A stretch of DNA of 64,000 bases from an uncultured Chloroflexia bacterium (GTDB taxonomy: Bacteria > Chloroflexota > Anaerolineae > CG2-30-64-16): the NCBI GenBank assembly GCA_963774265.1, contig CAVZDU010000008.1:32001-96000 (forward strand). Direction: 5' to 3'. The notes under the pieces are model-generated. The model was given only the letters and a program-made list of their open reading frames with translations. It had not been told where the DNA came from and did no database searches. The stretch's first letter is position 1, and every line of letters starts with the position of its first letter. Of the stretch, positions 41,034 to 50,172 are shown piece by piece. The position numbers and the translations under genes are program-made.

Positions 41034-41623
41034 GAACGACCTCGTCAAGATGACGAGCGGCAACATCAGCGGCCGCGATCCGGAGACCGGCCTGGTCGTC
41101 ATCAAGCCGAGCGGCTACAGCTACGAAGAGATGACAGCCCGGCGACATGGTCATCGTCGACATGGACGGCAAGGTCGTCGACGGCCACCTGACGCCCTCG
41201 GTGGACACCGAGACGCATCTTTACGTTTATGCCCACCGGCCAGACGTCTTGGGCATCGGCCACACGCATTCGCCCTACGCGAGCAGCTTCGCAGCGTTGG
41301 GCAGAGCCAATCCCGCCCTGCCTGACGGCTTCGGCGATGTTGGGCGGCGAGATTCCGCTGGGCAAATACGTGCCCATCGGCGGCGCGGCCATCGGCGCGG
41401 AGATCGTCGCCAAGATCGGCAACGCACGGGCGATCATCATGCAGAACCACGGGGTTTTCACCATCGGCAACTCGCCCAAGCAGGCCACCAAGATGGCCGT
41501 CGAGGTCGAGGAGATCGCCAAGATCACCCACCTGGCGCTGCTGATGGGCCAGCCGTCGTCCTGACGCCGGAGCAATTGGGCCAGATGGACGATCTGTACA
41601 CGAATCTCTACGGGCAAAAGTAA
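40978..41623 (+). CDS. Class II aldolase-fold L-ribulose-5-phosphate 4-epimerase (AraD/UlaF-like), frameshifted
   Basis: LREIVWKCNLEL, SGNISGRD, VIKPSG, PSVDTETH, GHTHS, NHGVF, YGQK. Confidence 0.88.
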
Positions 41624-41639
41624 GGGGAGGGCTGATTCT

Positions 41640-42683
41640 TTGGCCGAGCTGACTTCCAAGGAACGCGTTATTTGCGCATTGCGACGGCAGGAACCGGACC
41701 GGGTGCCGCACTTCGAGTGGCTCGTGGACCGGAAAGTGCGGGACGCTTTCCTGCCTGGCTGCCAGGATCACAACGAGTTTGCGGTTCGCATGGGGCATGA
41801 TGCCGTCCTGGTGGACCCCAATTTCGCCAAGGAGCCGCTGAGCGACGGCCGGTATCGCAGCGAGTGGGGCTACATCGGGCAGAAGACCCAGGAGGAGCAC
41901 GGCATCGAGGTCGAGTCGCCCATCGCGAGCCTGGCCGACTTCGAGCGCTATACCCCGCCCGACCCCCTGGCGCCGGGCAGATACGCATCCATCGAAAAAA
42001 CGTTGGCGCAATACGGCGATCGATACGCAGTCATCGTCCACCTCAACGACGTGTTTTCGCTCCCGCGTTACCTCATGGGCATGGAGAACCTGCTCATGGC
42101 CATCGCAGCCGAGCCTGAGCTCGTGCAGGCGCTGGTGGACATGTCGGTCGATATCAACCTGGTGATGGCGAAGGAGCTCGTCGCACGGGGCGTGAAGATC
42201 GTCTACACGGGCGATGATTATGCATCCAGCAAAGGCCCGCTCATGTCGCCGCGGCACTTCCGCAAGCTCTTTTATCCCGGCCTGTGCCGGGTGATCGGCG
42301 GATTCAAGGAGCTGGGCCTGCTGGTCATCAAGCACACCGACGGCAACCTGTGGCCGATCCTGGACATGATTGTGGATTCTGGCATCGACTGCCTCGACCC
42401 CATCGACCCAAAGGGCGGCATGAGCCTCGCCGAGGTCAAAGCGAAGTACGGCCACCGGATCGCGATCAAGGGCAACGTGGATTGCGCGGACCTGCTGACC
42501 TTCGGCTCCGTTGAGGAGACAGTCGCAGCAACCAAACAGGCGCTGCGTGAAGGGATGCCGGGCGGCGGCTTCATCCTGTCGTCCAGCAACAGCATCCATT
42601 CAGGTGTCAAGCCGGAGAATTATGCGGCCATGATGCGAACAGTGCGCGAGTTTGGGAGCTACCCGCCGCTCGGAGATTTGTAG
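41640..42683 (+). CDS. Uroporphyrinogen decarboxylase/MtaA-CmuA family protein
   Basis: MTSKERV-like start, EPDRVP, LMGMENLL, GDDYA...LMSP, KHTDGN, IKGNVD, GGGFILSSSNSI. Confidence 0.85.
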   Translation: MAELTSKERVICALRRQEPDRVPHFEWLVDRKVRDAFLPGCQDHNEFAVRMGHDAVLVDPNFAKEPLSDGRYRSEWGYIGQKTQEEHGIEVESPIASLADFERYTPPDPLAPGRYASIEKTLAQYGDRYAVIVHLNDVFSLPRYLMGMENLLMAIAAEPELVQALVDMSVDINLVMAKELVARGVKIVYTGDDYASSKGPLMSPRHFRKLFYPGLCRVIGGFKELGLLVIKHTDGNLWPILDMIVDSGIDCLDPIDPKGGMSLAEVKAKYGHRIAIKGNVDCADLLTFGSVEETVAATKQALREGMPGGGFILSSSNSIHSGVKPENYAAMMRTVREFGSYPPLGDL

Positions 42684-42815
42684 ATATGTTGCCCGGCACG
42701 AGCATCCTGAGTGGCGTGGCAGAGGCGTTCCCGCTTGTGAGGTCGAAGGAGGCTCGGCTCTGGCCAAATTGTTGCTCCGCAATCGGCCATTAACCATCCA
42801 TGGTAAGGTGCGACG

Positions 42816-44370
42816 ATGGACTATCTCGTTGGGATTGACCTGGGCTCAACCACGCTCAAGGCGGTCATCTACGATACGCGCGGCAATGTCATTGCCAGCG
42901 GTTGCCGCCCGACCGAGCGCTTCCACCCCGATCCGGCGCATCCGGAGTGGACCGTCTGGCAGCCGGAGCAGATCTGGGGCGGCAGCGCTGCTGCGCTGAA
43001 GGAGGCCATCGCCGCAATCGACGATCCGCGCAACATCAAAGCCGTCGCTGTGACCGGCATGGGCATGGACGGCCTGCCGATCGACGAAAAGGGCAACTGG
43101 CTCTACCCGCTGATCAGTTGGCACTGCCCGCGCACCCAGCCGCAGTTCGAGTGGTGGATCCAGCACATCGGCGCCGAGAAGACCTTCGCCATCGGCGGCA
43201 ACACGCTCTGGCGCTTCTCGACCGCGCTGCGGCTGCTGTGGATGGCCGAGCACGAGCCGGAGATCCTGAGGCGCACCCACAAGTGGCTGCTGATCGAGGA
43301 TTTCGTCAACTTCATGCTGTGCGGCGTGGCCGCGACCGACTACACCATGGCCTCGTGCACGCTGCTGTTCGACCAGCGCAAGCTGAGCTGGTCGGACGAG
43401 ATGCTGGCACTGTCGGGCATCGACCGGCGGCTGTTGTGCGACGCGTTCCCCAGCGGCACGGTGCTGGGCGAGGTCACCCCCGCAGCGGCCGCGGCGACCG
43501 GGCTTGGCGGTCGGCACGCCGGTGGTGCTGGGCGGACACGACTACCTGTGCGGCGCGCTGCCGGTCGGCGCCATCAAACCGGGCGTCATCCTGGACGTGA
43601 GCGGCACCTGGGAGATCGTGCTGGCCTCCATCCCAACGCCGGTGCTGACCCCCGAAGCGCAGCGGACCGGCGTGACGGTCGAGGCACACGTGGCGCGCGA
43701 CCTCTACGCCATCTGGGGCGGCGCGGTCTCGTCCGACATGCTGGAGTGGTATCGCAAGGAGTACGGCTTCGAGGCGAAGCATCAAGGCCGAGACAGTGCA
43801 GCGGCGTGGATTGGGACTTTCTGATGGCGGAGGCGGCGCAGGTCGCCGGTCGGCGCGCGCGGCGTCATGTTCCTGCCGCACATGTCGGGCGCCGGATGCC
43901 CGGTGGTCGACAGCCGGTCGCTGGCGGGCTTCGTCGGCCTGAGCAACTTCGCCACCAAAGGCGACATGCTGCGGGCGATCATCGAGGGGCTGGACTACCA
44001 GTTCCTGGACATCGTCAAGACCATGCAGAATGACCTGGGCGTGCCGTTCGACAAGCTGGTGGTCGTCGGCGGGGCCGTGCGCAACAAGTTCTGGATGCAG
44101 AACAAGGCGGACATGGTCGGGCAGACCATCGAGGTGCCCGGCGGTCGAGGACGCAACGCCGTTGGGCGCGGCCATGCTGGGCGGGCATCGGCGTGGGCCT
44201 TTACCGGGACGAGCAAGACGCGTTCGAGCATGTCTGGAAGCCGGGCGCGACCTACGAGCCGGACCCGCAGGTGACCGCCCGGTACGCCGAGTCTGTTCCC
44301 GATCTACAAGCAGCTCTACGCCGCGCTGGCGCCGATCAGCCATCAGCTCTACGACCAATTCCCGGGTTAG
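42816..44370 (+). CDS. FGGY-family carbohydrate kinase, frameshifted
   Basis: VGIDLGSTTLKA, TGMG, ISWHCPRT, GGHD, SGTW, FLPH, RAIIEG, VVGGA. Confidence 0.9.
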
Positions 44371-44387
44371 GCACCGGAGGTGTCGCT

Positions 44388-45924
44388 ATGGCCAAGTATC
44401 TCATGGGGATTGACAACGGCCTCACCGTGTCCAAGGCCGCGATCTTCGACCTGGAGGGCCACGAGGTCGCGGTCGCCAGCCGCAAGATCGAGGTGCAATA
44501 TCCCAAGCCCGGCTAGACCGAACGGGATATGGACATCGTCTGGCAGAAGACAGCCGAGGCGATCCGCGAGGTTATGGATGCGTCAGGCATCGATCCCTCG
44601 CGAGATCCTGGCCATCGGCAACTCAGGCCACGGCAATGGTCTGTACGTTGCTGGACCGTGACGGCAAGGCATTTCGCCCCAGCATCGCCTCCATGGATAG
44701 TCGCGCGCGCCGACATCATGGACGAGTGGAACCGACCGGGGGCGTGCACGACCAGGCCTTTCCGTTCGTCCTGCAATCCTGTTGGGCCGGCACAGCCGCG
44801 CGTCCTGCTGGCCTGGCTCAAGCGTCACGAGCCGGAGAGCTATCGCAAGATCGGCAAAGTTATGATGTGCACGGATTACATCAAGTACTGCCTGACCGGC
44901 GTGCACACCACCGACTTCTCGATCATCAGCGGCAGCAGCCTGTTCGACTCGCCCAATCGAGGCTATTCGCCGCGACCTGCTGGAGATCTACGGCATCCCC
45001 GAGATACTGCCTGCGCTGCCGCGGCCGGTCTGGAGCCACGAGATCGCCGGCCGGGTGACGCCGGAAGCCGCGCGGCTCACCGGGCTGGCCGTGGGCACGC
45101 CGGTCGCCGGCGGCCTGTTCGACATCGATGCCGCTGCGCATCGGCTCCGGGGTCATCGACGACGGCGTCCTCTGCATCGTCGCGGGCACCTGGAGCATCA
45201 ACGAGGTCGTCACCGACGATCCCATCATCGACAAACGTCTCTTTCTGATGCTCTCTGTTCGCGGTGCCGGGCATGTGGTTGACCCTGGAGGGCAGCGCGA
45301 CGTCGGCCACCAACCTGGAATGGTTCGTGAACAACTTCTGCTGCGAGGAAAAGCAGGAGGCCCAGGCCCGCGGCATCTCGGTGTACGATGTGTGCAACGA
45401 AAAGGTCGCGTCGCTGGCGCCGGGCAGCACCGACGTCATCTTCCACCCCTTCCTGTTCGGCTCCGATGTGCAAGCAACTGCGCGCGCGGGCTTCTATGGA
45501 CTGGGCGCGTGGCACACCAAGAACGCATGTGTTGCGAGCGTTGTACGAAGGGGTCGTCTACGGCCACATGAACCACATCGAAAAGCTGCGGGCGGCCGGC
45601 GCCCAGATCGAGAAGGCGCGCATGACGGGCGGCGGCTCGCACAGCCACGTGTGGACGCAGATGTTTTCCGACGCACTGCAACTGCCGATCGAGGTGCCCG
45701 AGGGCGCCGAGGTAGCCGCGCGAGGCGTCGCGATGGCGGCCGGCGTCGGGGTCGGGGTCTACAACGACTACACCGATGCCGTAGCCAGGGTCGTGCAGGT
45801 CGAACGCAAGCATCAGCCTGATCCCCAGGCCGCGCCCGCGTACCGAGTTCGCTATGGCGAATACGTGAACATACTGGAAGCCATGAAGGAACCGTGGAAT
45901 CGGCTGGCGAAGTTAAGCGCGTAA
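44388..45924 (+). CDS. FGGY-family kinase, L-xylulose/3-keto-L-gulonate kinase (LyxK)-like; in-frame TAG at 44514 and frameshifts
   Basis: MGIDNGLTVSKA, TERDMD..W, SGHGNGLY, GGLFD, AGTWSINE, FHPFLFGS, LYEGV, TGGG. Confidence 0.85.
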
Positions 45925-46070
45925 CAAGTTCAAGAGTCCAGGCGGCTCACTTTGCACGAATTTGCACATAGGAATTGCGCAGGGTCGCTAACGGGGTACA
46001 TATACGGCCCAGGCAAAGTTCGGTGAGTTGACTAACGGGACGGGATAGCCGGTATCCCCAGGGGTGTTGG

Positions 46071-47051
46071 ATGGAAGACGATCGAGTGGATCTCCTGGCA
46101 CAGGTAGCGCTGTGGTACTATGAGGACGGGCTGGATCAGGCCGCGATTGCTGAGCGCATCAACAAATCGCGATCGATGGTTTCGCGCTTGTTGGAGCAGG
46201 CTCGCGAGGCGGGACTCGTTGAGGTGAAGGTGCATTATCCGCTGCGGACCGATACCGAGTTGGAGCGACGGATGTGCATCGAATTTGGCCTGGCAAGCGC
46301 GCATGTGCTGGCCGAGCCTCCGGATGACTACGACGTGCTCCTCAAGCGTCTCGGCGAACTGGGAGCGCGCTGCCTGCAACAGGCATTGCGCCCCGGGGTG
46401 ATCATCGGAGTCAGCTGGGGAACTGCGGTGCACGCCGTGGTGGGCGCAATGCCGAGCACCCCGGTGCCCGATGCAATGGTGGTCCAGCTCATCGGCGCTG
46501 TAGGGCACGGTGATCCGCTCGTGGACGGCGCTGAATTGGGCCGCTGGCTCGCACAAAAACTGCATGCTTCGTTCCGGTTCCTTTCCGCACCGCTGCTGGT
46601 GGAAGATGAAGCGTTGGCTGCGGCGCTGCGCCGGGAACGGACCATTGAAGAGACGCTGGCCATAGCCGCTAGGGCTGATGTAGCGGTCATCGGCATCGGC
46701 ACGCCACAGCCAGAGCTCTCCAGCCTGCTGCGTGCCGGCTACCTTACCCGGGCCGAGCTTAATTCTCTCTTGGAAAACGGAGTGGTGGGTGATGTGGTCG
46801 CCCACCAGTTCGATGAGAACGGCCACTGGCTGGATATTTCGGCTAACCGACGCGCGATTAGCCTGGATGCCGAATCACTACGGCGCATCCCGCGCATCAT
46901 CGCCGTGTCCGGCGGGATAGGCAAGGCCCGCGCCATCCTGGCCGGATTGCGGGGTCGCTACTGCACCTGCCTGGTCACGGACGCCCACGCAGCTCGACAG
47001 GTCCTGGAACTGCACCGGCAAGCAAACGCGGTGCGCTCAATATCGCGCTGA
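46071..47051 (+). CDS. SorC/DeoR-type sugar-binding transcriptional regulator
   Basis: VALWYYEDGLDQAAIAERI..SRSMVSRLL HTH; GVSWGT, IGIG, K..AI..GL.G..LVTD. Confidence 0.93.
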   Translation: MEDDRVDLLAQVALWYYEDGLDQAAIAERINKSRSMVSRLLEQAREAGLVEVKVHYPLRTDTELERRMCIEFGLASAHVLAEPPDDYDVLLKRLGELGARCLQQALRPGVIIGVSWGTAVHAVVGAMPSTPVPDAMVVQLIGAVGHGDPLVDGAELGRWLAQKLHASFRFLSAPLLVEDEALAAALRRERTIEETLAIAARADVAVIGIGTPQPELSSLLRAGYLTRAELNSLLENGVVGDVVAHQFDENGHWLDISANRRAISLDAESLRRIPRIIAVSGGIGKARAILAGLRGRYCTCLVTDAHAARQVLELHRQANAVRSISR

Positions 47052-47155
47052 TCGCTGCCGGTTCCAACGATTGAATACATGAGGAATCGGCAGCACGTCT
47101 GGGCAACCGGATTGAAACGGTCGAAGCCCTGCAACCCGAAGAAAGGTGGCCACCC

Positions 47156-48034
47156 ATGTTCGAGGTCGAACACGTCTTGAGTGTGCAAAACGAGATTGGC
47201 GAGAGCCCACGCTGGGATGCCGACGAACAGGCGTTATACTGGCTGGACATCTGGGACAGCCCAGCCGTCTTCCGCCACAATCCGGCGACGAAGGAATTTA
47301 CCCGTTGGACACCGGGATTGCCTGTGACGGGCCAGGCGAGGCGATCACGCGGCGGCTTCGTGTTCGCCACGCGCAAGGGACTGTACTTCTGGGACGAGCG
47401 CACGGGGCAGAGTCAATTCATCCATGACCCGGAAGCGGACAACGGGCCCGTCCGCTTCAACGACGGTTCGGCCGACCGGATGGGCAGGTTTTGGGCGGGC
47501 TCCACCTATGCCGACGACCAATTCCGACCGGAAGGTTCGCTCTATCGCATGGACATCGATAGTGCCGTAAACAAGATGGCAGGGGGACTGGCCTGCTCGA
47601 ACGGATTGGGCTGGAGTCCGGACAACAGGACGATGTATGTCACCGCGCAGTTCGCATATGAGCTGCTGGCATTTGACTTCGACCCGAAGACAGGCGCGAT
47701 CACAAACAGACGATCCTTCGCCAAGGTGCCGGAGACAGATGGCCTACCGGACGGGCTGACTGTCGACGCTGAAGGGTGCGTGTGGAGCGCACAGTGGGGT
47801 GGCTGGCGTATCACCCGGTACGATCCGGACGGCAAGATCGAGCGAGTGGTCAAGCTGCCCGTACCGAACCCCACGAGCTGCGTGTTCGGCGGGCCCAATT
47901 TGCGGGACCTGTACGTGACCACGGCGTGGCTGCTGCTCAGCGACGCTGAGCGCCAAGCGGCGCCGGGGTCGGGCGACTTATTCGTAGTTCACACGGATAT
48001 CCAGGGGCTGACGGAGCCCAAATTCGCGGGTTGA
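47156..48034 (+). CDS. SMP-30/gluconolactonase family lactonase
   Basis: GESPRWD, RFNDG, SNGLGWSPD, PDGLTVDAEG, TSCVFGG. Confidence 0.93.
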   Translation: MFEVEHVLSVQNEIGESPRWDADEQALYWLDIWDSPAVFRHNPATKEFTRWTPGLPVTGQARRSRGGFVFATRKGLYFWDERTGQSQFIHDPEADNGPVRFNDGSADRMGRFWAGSTYADDQFRPEGSLYRMDIDSAVNKMAGGLACSNGLGWSPDNRTMYVTAQFAYELLAFDFDPKTGAITNRRSFAKVPETDGLPDGLTVDAEGCVWSAQWGGWRITRYDPDGKIERVVKLPVPNPTSCVFGGPNLRDLYVTTAWLLLSDAERQAAPGSGDLFVVHTDIQGLTEPKFAG

Positions 48035-48083
48035 AAACAAGCCAGACGACCCAACAACCAACCCAAATGGAGCAACATTGACA

Positions 48084-48833
48084 ATGGTTGACACCTTCAA
48101 GACTCGTTTGCGCAACGAGACACTGATCGGACCGATCCTCTCGTTACCGTGTTCCGACGTGGCGGATCTGCTCTCACGAGTCGGTTTCGACTACCTCTGG
48201 ATCGATCTGGAACACTCTCCGATGGACGTGACCGATGCGCAGACCCTAATCCAGGCTGCGGGCGGACGCTGTCCTTCCGTGATACGAGTGCCGGAGGTGA
48301 GCGAAGCGTGGATTAAGAAAGCCCTGGACACCGGTTGCGACGGGATCGTCATCCCCCAGATTCGCTCGGCCGCGGAAGCGCGCGCCGCGGTGGCCTGGTG
48401 CCAGTACCCACCGCTGGGCCGGCGCGGAGCGGCCATGACTCGTGCCCATGGATTCGGTCTCAGCTTCACCGAATATGTTGCGACGGCCAACCAGGACCTG
48501 GCGATCATACTCCAGATCGAGCACATCGACGCGGTGAGCCACATCGATGAGATCCTGCAGACCCCCGGTGTCGCGGCGCTCTTCATAGGCCCGTTTGATC
48601 TATCGGGCAGCATGGGGTTACTGGGACAGATAGCTCACACGGAGGTTCAGGCTGCAATCAGCCAGGTGATCGCAGCAGGACAGGCCGCGGACATGCCCCT
48701 TGGGATCTTTGTGGTCGATGGCGCGTCCGCATCGGCCGCCATCGCCCGCGGCTTTCACATGATCGCACTTGGCACTGACTCATCCTTTCTGCTGACCTCG
48801 GCGCGTGCCGCGCTCGCGGCCGCGAAAGGCTGA
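48084..48833 (+). CDS. HpcH/HpaI (GarL/RhmA-like) pyruvate-forming aldolase
   Basis: FDYLWIDLEHS, IKKALDTG, YPPLGRRG, QIEH, FIGPFDLS. Confidence 0.92.
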   Translation: MVDTFKTRLRNETLIGPILSLPCSDVADLLSRVGFDYLWIDLEHSPMDVTDAQTLIQAAGGRCPSVIRVPEVSEAWIKKALDTGCDGIVIPQIRSAAEARAAVAWCQYPPLGRRGAAMTRAHGFGLSFTEYVATANQDLAIILQIEHIDAVSHIDEILQTPGVAALFIGPFDLSGSMGLLGQIAHTEVQAAISQVIAAGQAADMPLGIFVVDGASASAAIARGFHMIALGTDSSFLLTSARAALAAAKG

Positions 48834-48839
48834 GAGATC

Positions 48840-49820
48840 ATGACCGCTCCACGCGTCTTTGTCACCCGCATTATCCCCGACCAAGGGCTCCGGCTCATCC
48901 AGGACTTCTGCAATGTCGATCTGTGGACCGATGAGCTGCCGCCCTCGCGCGATGTGCTCATGAAGCATGTCCAAGGGATGGACGGCCTGCTCAGCCTGCT
49001 CACGGATCGCATCGACGGCGAGGTGATGGACGCAGCCGGGTCGCAGCTCAAGGTGATTTCGAACCACGCAGTTGGGTTTGACAACATCGACTTGCCGGCC
49101 GCGACCCAGCGGGGCATTCCCGTGGGAAACACGCCGGGTATCCTGACCGATGCAACAGCGGATTTTGCTTTTGCGCTGCTCATGGCCGCCGCCCGGCGCG
49201 TGGTGGAGGGCGAGCGCTACGTACGCGAGGGCAGGTGGAAGACCTGGGGACCTTCTCTCCTGCTGGGACCTGATGTCCACGGTGCAACGCTCGGTCTGAT
49301 CGGGTTCGGCCGGATCGGGCAGGCGATGGCCAGGCGTGGCCGCGGCTTTGACATGCGCGTGCTCTACTATGATCCTTCTGCGTCGCCGGTGGAACCCGGG
49401 CTCAACGCAACTGCCGCGGACCTGGAGACGGTTCTGAGCGAAAGCGACTTCGTCTCGCTGCACACACCCCTGACATCGGAAACACGCGGACTGATGAATC
49501 GGGAGCGGCTCGCGCTAATGAAACCGAGTGCCGTCCTCATCAATACCGCGCGAGGCCCGATCGTCGATGCCGCGGCACTTCACGAAGCGTTAACCGAACG
49601 CCGCATTTTTGCTGCCGCGCTGGACGTGACTGATCCCGAGCCCATCCCCGTCGAAAGCCCGCTTCTGGCGCTGGACAATCTGATCGTAGTCCCGCATATC
49701 GCCAGCGCAAGCGTCGCTACGCGGCAAAAGATGTCCCTGATGGCCGCGAAAAACCTGATCGCAGGGCTGGTGGGCGAACCGCTGCCGAACTGCGTGAACC
49801 CCGAAGTGTATAGACGCTGA
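48840..49820 (+). CDS. D-2-hydroxyacid dehydrogenase (glyoxylate/hydroxypyruvate reductase-like)
   Basis: AVGFDNID, NTPG.LT..TAD, IGFGRIG, INTARG, LDVTDPEP, PHIAS. Confidence 0.93.
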   Translation: MTAPRVFVTRIIPDQGLRLIQDFCNVDLWTDELPPSRDVLMKHVQGMDGLLSLLTDRIDGEVMDAAGSQLKVISNHAVGFDNIDLPAATQRGIPVGNTPGILTDATADFAFALLMAAARRVVEGERYVREGRWKTWGPSLLLGPDVHGATLGLIGFGRIGQAMARRGRGFDMRVLYYDPSASPVEPGLNATAADLETVLSESDFVSLHTPLTSETRGLMNRERLALMKPSAVLINTARGPIVDAAALHEALTERRIFAAALDVTDPEPIPVESPLLALDNLIVVPHIASASVATRQKMSLMAAKNLIAGLVGEPLPNCVNPEVYRR

Positions 49821-49845
49821 TTAGGCTTGCGGTGTTTTTGCACAT

Positions 49846-49874
49846 TTGACACGCTTTGTATCGTATGTTAGAGT
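49846..49874 (+). promoter_or_regulatory. Promoter of ilv-leu operon
   Basis: TTGACA-N17-TAGAGT with extended TG. Confidence 0.7.
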
Positions 49875-49900
49875 GTCGCCACTTACGTAAGGAAAAGCGA

Positions 49901-49987
49901 ATGACACCCGTTTCTGACCTGGTCCTGGTTCTTATTGGCAAGCTCCTTGTTATCAAGGAGCTAGACCCGCTTGGGAGGACCCGCTAG
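49901..49987 (+). CDS. Branched-chain amino-acid leader peptide MTPVSDLVLVLIGKLLVIKELDPLGRTR
   Basis: 28 codons, 13 of them Leu/Val/Ile; AAGGA RBS; lies directly before a terminator and ilvB. Confidence 0.85.
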   Translation: MTPVSDLVLVLIGKLLVIKELDPLGRTR

Positions 49988-50023
49988 GCCGGATCAGGGC
50001 CAAAGTAGAACCTGAAACCCCGC

Positions 50024-50057
50024 AAAGGGCCTCCCAGACTGGGAGGCCCTTTCTTTG
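50024..50057 (+). terminator. Attenuator terminator
   Basis: AAAGGGCCTCCCAG-A-CTGGGAGGCCCTTT followed by CTTTGT; antiterminator partner TGGGAGGACCC lies inside the leader ORF. Confidence 0.85.
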
Positions 50058-50097
50058 TGCGGTTGAGCCGCTGCTGGCAATCACTCTGGCAATGAAG

Positions 50098-50137
50098 CCC
50101 CTTCCGAGCATCGTCCGCGGACGATGCTCGGAAGGGG
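50098..50137. repeat. Perfect 40-bp palindrome in the ilvB leader
   Basis: CCCCTTCCGAGCATCGTCCG|CGGACGATGCTCGGAAGGGG followed by TTTCTATT. Confidence 0.9.
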
Positions 50138-50172
50138 TTTCTATTCCGAGCACGTTTCGGTGGAGGTATCAT

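Noticed and set aside
49880-50060. T-box riboswitch upstream of ilvB
   Set aside because: No T-box consensus (GGTGGxACCGCG) or stem I motifs; the leader peptide accounts for the structure.
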